This document shows, piece after piece, positions 57,146 through 64,000 of a stretch of DNA of 64,000 nt. The first letter of the stretch is position 1, and each line of letters opens with the position of its first letter. Made by a program: the position numbers and the translations under genes. The stretch lies in the NCBI GenBank assembly GCA_027623195.1, contig JAQBUT010000013.1:1-64000 (forward strand). Reading direction: 5' to 3'. Under the pieces are notes generated by a model. The model had not been told where the DNA came from, searched no databases, and worked only from the letters and a program-made list of their open reading frames with translations. This DNA comes from Chloroflexota bacterium (GTDB lineage: Bacteria; Chloroflexota; Dehalococcoidia; Lucifugimonadales; JADFKI01).

Positions 57146-58855
57146 ATGCAAAATCAGCCCACTATAACCAACCTCGTGAAGGAAGAAGCCAGGGCGTCTG
57201 GCGGGATGGTTGCAGCCAAAGACCCTGCAGCCACCAGGGCGGGGCTGGAGATGCTAAGGAGCGGCGGTAACGCAGTGGATGCTGCGGTGGCGGTCTGCTT
57301 TGCCGTGGGCGTGGTGGAACCGGCCTCCAGCGGCATAGGGGGTGGAGGCTATCTGGTATACCAGATGGGACAGCAGGGTGGTGTCATTGGCTTCCCAATG
57401 CGAGGTCCGTTGGCCGCGAAGCCAGACATGTTCCAGTTAACCGGCGAGGGCGCGGTAGGCAACTTCGGATGGCCGGCAGTTGCCAATAACGAGAATATTG
57501 AAGGATACCGATCTATTGCTACTCCGGGTGCCGTAGCGGGCCTTTGTGAGGCACATAAACGGTTCGGCAAGCTGCCGCTTAAAGATGTGGTGGCTCCTGC
57601 GGTGCGATTGGCCAGAGAAGGTCACGCGCCGGGTTGGCACAACCTGTACGCCATGGGCGTCTTGGCCGGGATGTTGTTCAAGTATGATGAGCTTCGTCGG
57701 GTACTGATGCCCGGAGATAATATGCCAACCGGCGACCTGGTAGAGCCAGCTAATCTCAAGCAGCCTGAGCTTGCCAACATCCTGGAGGCTATTGGCCAAC
57801 AGGGCCCTGATGCATTCTACAAGGGCGATTTTGCCCAGGCTATGACGTCAGACATTCAGGCCAATGGCGGAATCCTATCGATGGAAGACCTGGCGCAGTA
57901 CAAGCCCTTCGTGTGGGACAGGGGCCTGGAGATTTCGTACCGAGGTTACACAGTGCGGGTGCCGCCGTTCGCCAGCGCGGGCATCACCAGCGCCATGACG
58001 TTGAAACTGCTTGATGGCTTCGACCTGGCGTCGATGGGGCACAATAGCGAGGAGATGCTGCACACGTACATCTCCTGCGCGCGACTGGCGTATGCCGATC
58101 GCTTCGAGTATGTTGCCGACCCAGAGTTCGCCGACGTACCGTGGAACGGCCTGGTTTCCGATGCGTACCTCGCTCGCCGTCGCGCCGAGGTGGCGTCGAA
58201 GGCGCCTAACGCGTTCCTTCCGGGCGATCCTTGGCAGGAGGAAGGGCGGCGTCCTGAAAATGTGCTGGCCTCCAGCAGGCCATCGTTCGACAATGGAACT
58301 ACCCATCTATGCGTTATCGACGGCGATGGCAATGCTGTCTCCATGACAAACACCATAATGTCGGGCTTCGGTTCGGGCATCATTCCCAGGGGTACCGGCG
58401 TTGTCATGAATAACGGCATGATGTGGTACGACCCCGAGCCCGGTCGTGTCAACTCTATCGCCCCTGGAAAGTTCCCGCTGAACAATATGACTCCCGCGCT
58501 GGTCATGGACTCGGACGGAGTGAAGCTGGCATTGGGAGCCTCCGGAGGCCGGCGCATCACAAACTGCGTCACCCAGCAGATTGTTAAGATTCTGGACTTT
58601 GGCATGGGCCCCCAGGCGGCAATAGACTCTCCCAGGGTTGACTGTAGCATGCCATTCACCAGTGTCGACCCAAGACTAGATCCTGCCCTGATATCGGCAT
58701 TGGAGGGCAGGGGCCATTCACCCAAGGTAATTGGTGGCGGATTCGTGGAAACCGGGTTTGCCAGCTTTGCCAGTCCAGTGGCCATCTTGAAAGGCGACGA
58801 TGGGCTAACCGCTGGCGTGGACACATTCCATTCGGCATACGCCGAAGGCATTTAG
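57146..58855 (+). CDS. ggt: Gamma-glutamyltransferase-family Ntn hydrolase (cytoplasmic)
   Basis: GGNAVDAAVA, SGIGGG, GTTHL, GNAVSMT, GFGS, MNNGM, PLNNM, GASGG. Confidence 0.88.
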   Translation: MQNQPTITNLVKEEARASGGMVAAKDPAATRAGLEMLRSGGNAVDAAVAVCFAVGVVEPASSGIGGGGYLVYQMGQQGGVIGFPMRGPLAAKPDMFQLTGEGAVGNFGWPAVANNENIEGYRSIATPGAVAGLCEAHKRFGKLPLKDVVAPAVRLAREGHAPGWHNLYAMGVLAGMLFKYDELRRVLMPGDNMPTGDLVEPANLKQPELANILEAIGQQGPDAFYKGDFAQAMTSDIQANGGILSMEDLAQYKPFVWDRGLEISYRGYTVRVPPFASAGITSAMTLKLLDGFDLASMGHNSEEMLHTYISCARLAYADRFEYVADPEFADVPWNGLVSDAYLARRRAEVASKAPNAFLPGDPWQEEGRRPENVLASSRPSFDNGTTHLCVIDGDGNAVSMTNTIMSGFGSGIIPRGTGVVMNNGMMWYDPEPGRVNSIAPGKFPLNNMTPALVMDSDGVKLALGASGGRRITNCVTQQIVKILDFGMGPQAAIDSPRVDCSMPFTSVDPRLDPALISALEGRGHSPKVIGGGFVETGFASFASPVAILKGDDGLTAGVDTFHSAYAEGI

Positions 58856-58865
58856 GCGGAGTGCT

Positions 58866-59303
58866 ATGCCGTCACTTAATTCCCAGCAGCTAAACGATTT
58901 CTTGACTACCGGTAGGCCCTTGATGAAGCTGGGCACCGTTGGCCCGGAGGGATGGCCGTATGTCTGTCCGCTCTGGTTCGATTACGACGGGCAGACCTTT
59001 ACCGTTGCCGGACGCCAAAAGGCCAAATGGGTCGCAAACGTCAAGGCCAACTCGAAGGTCTCGGTATGCGTGGACACATATGACTCGCCTTATACCCGAG
59101 TCATAATGGAGGCCGATGCCGTTATCGAGGACGAGGCTTGGCTGCACTCTGCCCCAACCAGGGCGATACGTTACCTGGGCGAAGAGGAGGGGATGCGTTA
59201 CTTCAACAGCACCAAGAACGAGCCTCGATGCCTAATCAGGATAACGCCGCGGACCGTCAGCACGTGGACGGGTGGAGGCTGGCACCCCAAATATCGCGCC
59301 TGA
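58866..59303 (+). CDS. Pyridoxamine 5'-phosphate oxidase-family (PPOX) protein
   Basis: LGTV..EGWPYVCPLWF..NVKAN.KVSVCVD..IRITP..TW. Confidence 0.82.
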   Translation: MPSLNSQQLNDFLTTGRPLMKLGTVGPEGWPYVCPLWFDYDGQTFTVAGRQKAKWVANVKANSKVSVCVDTYDSPYTRVIMEADAVIEDEAWLHSAPTRAIRYLGEEEGMRYFNSTKNEPRCLIRITPRTVSTWTGGGWHPKYRA

Positions 59304-59385
59304 TTTTAGGTTTTTTGGGGGAAATAAGGGGCTAGTGGGCTCTGAACCAAATTGGCAAATTCCAGGTGCATGATATTTGGCCGGT

Positions 59386-60219
59386 TCAGGATTCTGGTGT
59401 CCAGCTAATTAATCCCTGCCTGCCGCGCCCTATATCTCTTACAACAAGCCCGTCCGGAGTCTCGACAAGCAGGTCCTCGACAGCCTTTTTCAAGCGCTCC
59501 TCCTCCTCCGTATCGGGCTTCACGTAAAGCCGTCCCAAAAGTTGATCGTGCGCTTCTTGCTGGCTTTCGAAGGTCTGAAGGGGTGAGGGCTCGAACATCT
59601 CAACGTCGGGGTATATGTCCATCTCCCAGAGCAGCGGCATCAGTTCTGACAGGCCGGGCATGTCGATGCGCTCCTCGCCGTGCACAGGAAGCCAGAATGG
59701 AGACATGCGGGAAATGGGCGCTCGCATGAAACACAGGATCATCACCTGTTCTTTAGCGTGCTCCGCCAGCTTGCGAATGAACGGCTCCGCATCAGCCACG
59801 CCGTAAAGCACGTGGGCGCATATGACTACGTCGGCAGGTTCCACTTTCGCGTCTTCCCAAAGGCTTTGCACCACGGAGACATTGGTTATCTCTGACTGCT
59901 TCGCCTCCTCCTGAAGCTGCTCGATCATGCTCTGTGAAGGTTCGGCGACGGTGACGTGGGTCACCTTCAAGGCCAGCGGTAACGCGATGCGTCCTGCGCC
60001 GCCGCCTACGTCCAGCACAGTGGAATCAGCGCCGATTTTGGATGCGATCTTGTCCATTACCGGGTCGTCCGCGCGCCTAGGGTCCTGCCGGAAATATTGA
60101 GCGAAGGGTCGCCAGAAATCGCCGGACGACCAGTGAGCATCGGCCTGTACCTTCTCCGACTGCGCGTGGTGCGATTCTACCCGTTGTTTCCAGGATTCAA
60201 TTGCTGAAGTCAATTCCAC
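59386..60219 (-). CDS. Class I SAM-dependent methyltransferase
   Basis: VLDVGGGAG, VAEPS..M, DVVICAHVLY. Confidence 0.88.
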   Translation of the reverse strand: MELTSAIESWKQRVESHHAQSEKVQADAHWSSGDFWRPFAQYFRQDPRRADDPVMDKIASKIGADSTVLDVGGGAGRIALPLALKVTHVTVAEPSQSMIEQLQEEAKQSEITNVSVVQSLWEDAKVEPADVVICAHVLYGVADAEPFIRKLAEHAKEQVMILCFMRAPISRMSPFWLPVHGEERIDMPGLSELMPLLWEMDIYPDVEMFEPSPLQTFESQQEAHDQLLGRLYVKPDTEEEERLKKAVEDLLVETPDGLVVRDIGRGRQGLISWTPES

Positions 60220-60442
60220 GCTCCTTCAAATGTGCAGGTTTGGGCTCTATAAGTTACAAGGCCAATTATTGCAGTGGAGAACATGTTTGCCAATAGCAGA
60301 GAAGCTTGAACAAAGTGTCAAAGCCTTCTTTCGGCTCTACACCGCCGCAAACTGGATTTGTAACCCTATCCACGCCCTGCCACTTTAGTGACTGGATGTT
60401 TCGCCAGGTACTCCTATTGAAAGAAATTCCGTTGCATACCGC

Positions 60443-60715
60443 ATGGCGGAAGTGTATCCTTCTTACGCTATGGATATTGCACGTTTCGCAGACACCCCGT
60501 TTTCCTGGGCAATCGTCGGTTTCATCATCGGCATTGCTCTTGGCGTCAACGCCATATCGGTGATATTGCTGGCCATCGGCCTGGGACTCTTCCTTCTTTA
60601 CCTGCGCCTGCACGGCCCCGCCGAACAATCGACCGAGGGCCGATTATTCGCTGCAGGTCCCGTCTTCATTGTCAGTTGGATCGTGGGCTTCGTGGTGCAC
60701 GGCCTGGCCTTCTAA
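60443..60715 (+). CDS. Small multi-pass membrane protein
   Basis: Three hydrophobic helices; TAATG stop/start overlap with lutA. Confidence 0.65.
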   Translation: MAEVYPSYAMDIARFADTPFSWAIVGFIIGIALGVNAISVILLAIGLGLFLLYLRLHGPAEQSTEGRLFAAGPVFIVSWIVGFVVHGLAF

Positions 60716-61512
60716 TGACTCAAAGCAAGCCACCAGTACAGGCCTCGCTTTTCGTCACCTGCATCATAGACCAGTTCTACCCTGATGTCGGCGAGAGCAT
60801 GGTGCGGGTGCTGGAACGGCTGGGCGTGAAGTTGGACTTTCCTCAGGCCCAGACCTGCTGCGGGCAGCCAGCCTATAACGCCGGTTTCTGGAGCGACGCA
60901 AAGCCTCTTGCCAGAAGGGTGTTGGACCAGTTTCAGCATTCCGAATACGTGGTGGTGCCATCCGGCTCCTGCGCCAGCATGATACGCGTCTTTTACCCCG
61001 AACTCTTCCACGAAGAACCAGAGTCTTTACAGAAGGCCACGTCACTGGCCAAACGTACTTTCGAACTCTCCGAATTCATCGTAGACGTTCTGGGAGTGAC
61101 AGACCTTCGGCACCTCTCAGGGGATGTCGCCGCGTCGGAAAGCAAAAAAATCACCTATCACGAGGCCTGTCACCTGCGTCGGGAACTGGGCGCGACAACC
61201 CAGTCGAGGGCGCTGATTCGTTCGTTGCCGGGCATCGAGCTGGTGGAGATGGATCAGGCCGAGGTGTGCTGCGGCTTTGGCGGCACCTTCTCCGTCAAGT
61301 ATCCAGATATATCCGGCGCCATGCTGCAGGACAAGTTGGACCGAATCAAGGCCACGGGGGCGTCGTCCGTTGTCGCCTGCGATTGCAGTTGCCTTATGCA
61401 AATCGGGGGAGGGCTGGAAAAGGGCGGCTCCAATGTTCGCTCGGTGCACCTGGCTGAGCTGCTGGATGACGCCATAGGAAAGACAGTTCGTCCCGACAGC
61501 AGATTGGGTTAG
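60715..61512 (+). CDS. lutA: Lactate utilization protein A (CCG Fe-S)
   Basis: LFVTC, QTCCGQP, PSGSC, YHEACH, CCGFGGTF, DCSCLMQI. Confidence 0.92.
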   Translation: MTQSKPPVQASLFVTCIIDQFYPDVGESMVRVLERLGVKLDFPQAQTCCGQPAYNAGFWSDAKPLARRVLDQFQHSEYVVVPSGSCASMIRVFYPELFHEEPESLQKATSLAKRTFELSEFIVDVLGVTDLRHLSGDVAASESKKITYHEACHLRRELGATTQSRALIRSLPGIELVEMDQAEVCCGFGGTFSVKYPDISGAMLQDKLDRIKATGASSVVACDCSCLMQIGGGLEKGGSNVRSVHLAELLDDAIGKTVRPDSRLG

Positions 61513-61522
61513 GGGAATCTAA

Positions 61523-62938
61523 ATGCAACCTCGCATAAAGCAGTTCCCTCAACTCGCCGCCGCCGCTCTTAAGGACGAGCAGATTCAGAACAATCTGCTA
61601 GGTCTTTACAACGGTTTCCACCAGGCCCGCATCGCCGCATCCGAGGCCACGCCCAACTGGGATGAACTCAGCGATCGCGGGCGCGCAATAAAGGCCCACA
61701 CAATCGACAACCTGGACTACTACCTTGAGATGGTGGAACGTACCGTAACGGCTGCCGGAGGCAAGGTTTTCTTCGCCAAGGACTCCGACGAGGCTACCCA
61801 GTACGTGATAGAGGTTGCAAAGGCCAGGGGCGTTAAGCTCGCAATCAAGGGGAAGTCCATGGTCTCGGAAGAGATGGGCCTCAACCATAGATTGGAAGAA
61901 GCAGGCATAGAGCCGGTCGAAACTGACCTGGGTGAGTACATCATCCAGTTGGCCGACGAGACGCCGTTCCACATCATTGCTCCCGCCATACACAAGTCCA
62001 AAGAACAGGTTTCGGACCTGTTTCAGGAAAAGCTGGGTACTCCGCCCATGACGGAGATTTCAGACCTAGCCGCTGAGGCCCGTCGTCAGCTTCGTAAGAA
62101 GTTTATCGAAGCGGATATGGGTATAACGGGAGCAAATTTTGTGGTGGCCGAGACGGGTACAGTGGCGCTGGTGACCAACGAGGGCAACGGGCGTATGTCT
62201 ACATCCATGCCCAAGCTGCATATCGCCATTACAGGCATGGAGAAGGTACTTCCCTCGATAGAAGACCTGGGTATTATGCTCAGGCTGCTGATAAGGTCTG
62301 CCACCGGCCAGCGCATATCCAGCTACGTCACGACGGTTACTGGCCCGCGCAAGTCGGATGACGAGGACGGGCCCGAGGAGTTTCACCTGGTGCTGGTGGA
62401 CAACGGAAGGTCGAAACTGCTTGCCGACCCTGCGCTCAGGGAGTCGCTATACTGCATTCGATGCGGTGCATGCCTCAACGCGTGCCCTGTGTACCGCAAG
62501 GTTGGAGGCCACGCTTATGGCTGGGTATATCCTGGACCGATAGGCGCTATCGTTTCGCCCATGCTAACAGGACTTTCGGACGGCAAAGACCTGCCATACG
62601 CGTCTAGTCTTTGCGGCGCATGCAAAGAGGCCTGTCCCGTCAAGATCAACATACCTCGTATGCTGCTTTACATGCGGCACCAACTCGCTGAAGGCGACAA
62701 CTACCCAGAGCATAAGACGGCTCCATTAGGCGAGGCCATCACATTTAAGCTCTGGAGACTTTCTCTTTCCAACAGCCTTAGTCTTAAGATATTCAGCGGA
62801 CTAGCGAGGCTGTTGCAGAAACCCTTCGCCAAGGACGGGCGCATTAACAAATTGCCGCCGCCGTTATCCGCCTGGACCAATCTGAGGACATTCCCTGCGC
62901 TGGCGTCACGGCCTTTCCGCAAACGCTGGAAAAGCTAA
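61523..62938 (+). CDS. lutB: Lactate utilization protein B (Fe-S)
   Basis: KSMVSEE, ETDLGEYIIQ, NEGNGR, CIRCGACLNACPVY, SSLCGACKEACPVKI. Confidence 0.95.
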   Translation: MQPRIKQFPQLAAAALKDEQIQNNLLGLYNGFHQARIAASEATPNWDELSDRGRAIKAHTIDNLDYYLEMVERTVTAAGGKVFFAKDSDEATQYVIEVAKARGVKLAIKGKSMVSEEMGLNHRLEEAGIEPVETDLGEYIIQLADETPFHIIAPAIHKSKEQVSDLFQEKLGTPPMTEISDLAAEARRQLRKKFIEADMGITGANFVVAETGTVALVTNEGNGRMSTSMPKLHIAITGMEKVLPSIEDLGIMLRLLIRSATGQRISSYVTTVTGPRKSDDEDGPEEFHLVLVDNGRSKLLADPALRESLYCIRCGACLNACPVYRKVGGHAYGWVYPGPIGAIVSPMLTGLSDGKDLPYASSLCGACKEACPVKINIPRMLLYMRHQLAEGDNYPEHKTAPLGEAITFKLWRLSLSNSLSLKIFSGLARLLQKPFAKDGRINKLPPPLSAWTNLRTFPALASRPFRKRWKS

Positions 62939-62941
62939 GCC

Positions 62942-63679
62942 ATGGACAGCAAGGAATTCATAGCCAACGTGCGCCGCTCTCTTGGCCGCGAGGAGGGTAG
63001 TCAGGTTACGCCGTCTGAGGCGACTCACATGTCGCTTAGCAGTCAGCAGGTGGAGTCTTGGGCCCAAGCCATAACGCGTGGAATTGAAGCCCACGCCGAT
63101 GAGTACATGGGGCAGCTTGAGAAGACTGCGGTTGAGGCCGGCTGGCGTGTGGCCAGATGTGCCACGGCTGCGCAGGCAGCGAGCCACATTCGCAATATCG
63201 TCAGGGATGTGGAGGCGACCTCGGTTTTGCACTCTGCCCACCCCGCCCTGGAGGCACTGCATCTGGGGGAGACGTTGATTGGGACTGGGGCAAATCTAGA
63301 AGCTATGGTCCTCAATGATACTTCTGACAGGGAAGTTCAGCGCGATGCCTTGCGTCAAAAAGCCATCAACGCGGACATTGGAATTACGGGAGTTGACTAC
63401 GCCATAGCCGAGACCGGGACTGCCGTTCTCCTTGCGCGAAAGGGCGTAAGCAGGGTTGTGTCGCTACTGCCTCCGGTGCACATCGCCGTGGTGGAGAAGG
63501 GCCAGGTGCTCCCTAGCCTGGACGAGCTGTTCACTCTGCGGCGCAAGGAATTCTTGCACAACAATCTGGGCAGCTACATGAACCTCATTAGCGGGCCAAG
63601 CCGCTCCGCCGATATCGAATACCAGCTTGTTACAGGCGTGCACGGTCCAGGCGAGGTACACATGGTGCTTATCGGCTAG
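62942..63679 (+). CDS. lutC: Lactate utilization protein C (LUD domain)
   Basis: AIAETGT, SLLPPVH, ISGPSRSADIE..GVHGP. Confidence 0.92.
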   Translation: MDSKEFIANVRRSLGREEGSQVTPSEATHMSLSSQQVESWAQAITRGIEAHADEYMGQLEKTAVEAGWRVARCATAAQAASHIRNIVRDVEATSVLHSAHPALEALHLGETLIGTGANLEAMVLNDTSDREVQRDALRQKAINADIGITGVDYAIAETGTAVLLARKGVSRVVSLLPPVHIAVVEKGQVLPSLDELFTLRRKEFLHNNLGSYMNLISGPSRSADIEYQLVTGVHGPGEVHMVLIG

Positions 63680-63686
63680 TAAGCCG

Positions 63687-64000
63687 TCAGACTCCGAAAA
63701 CCCTGACGCCTACCTGCATAAGCCGCAAGGCCTCCTCCACTGCCGTAGCCAGCAGTTCGGCCGCCCCCTCCGACGCCTCGTCCAACGTCATAGGCGATGT
63801 GACGATGGATGTCACCGCGTCTATGGCGTGCTCGTGCACGTCGCGGAACCCGCCCCCCAACGAACCGGCAATTGCAATGACAGGTATGCCCAGTTTGCTG
63901 GCTCGACCCGCTACACCAACGGGAGACTTGTTGTAGATGGTGGAGTGGTCGATGGCCCCCTCCCCGGTGATAACAAGATCGCTACCTGGCAAGTAATCAT
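63687..64000 (-). CDS. garK: Glycerate kinase, C-terminal part (truncated by the window edge)
   Basis: DLVITGEG.ID..T..K.P.GVA..A...PVIAIAGS. Confidence 0.85.
   Translation of the reverse strand, partial: DYLPGSDLVITGEGAIDHSTIYNKSPVGVAGRASKLGIPVIAIAGSLGGGFRDVHEHAIDAVTSIVTSPMTLDEASEGAAELLATAVEEALRLMQVGVRVFGV

Overview
A 64 kb, gene-dense stretch of mostly housekeeping and metabolic genes, with no CRISPR array, prophage or transposase seen. The gene content (F420-type PPOX proteins, a GMC oxidoreductase, a Gld-like ABC system, Pro/Thr-stalked lipoproteins) suggests a Chloroflexota/Dehalococcoidia-like bacterium, possibly SAR202-like; this is an inference. The window carries most of a selenocysteine (Sec) system: selA, tRNA-Sec (UCA, 48583-48680) and a selD that is itself a selenoprotein (in-frame UGA at 7617-7619 plus a candidate SECIS, missed by the ORF track). 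selB is not in the window. The most striking unannotated signal is a cryptic ~64-aa membrane-anchored, Met-rich protein at 25191-25386 (-). After a +1 shift at CCC-U it reads ...MMSH-UGA-Pro-UGA-MRR..., followed by a SECIS-like hairpin. It lies just downstream of a SHOCT-domain gene, whose upstream region carries paired 11-bp-spaced ATGAAG boxes. Together these form a candidate metal (Cu)-responsive di-selenocysteine (U-P-U) module. Other notable items: an orphan CbbQ/NirQ AAA+ ATPase and giant vWA pair embedded in a CoA operon (coaE, Nudix CoA pyrophosphatase), selA translationally coupled to a stand-alone Smr domain, a speD-like/speB pair that may be an arginine decarboxylase route, two probable accessory nucleases (DUF6602-like and PLD), a probable CUG-initiated gene, and degenerate GGDEF and SNase domains. 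All family calls are from motif recognition by eye; no database searches were run.
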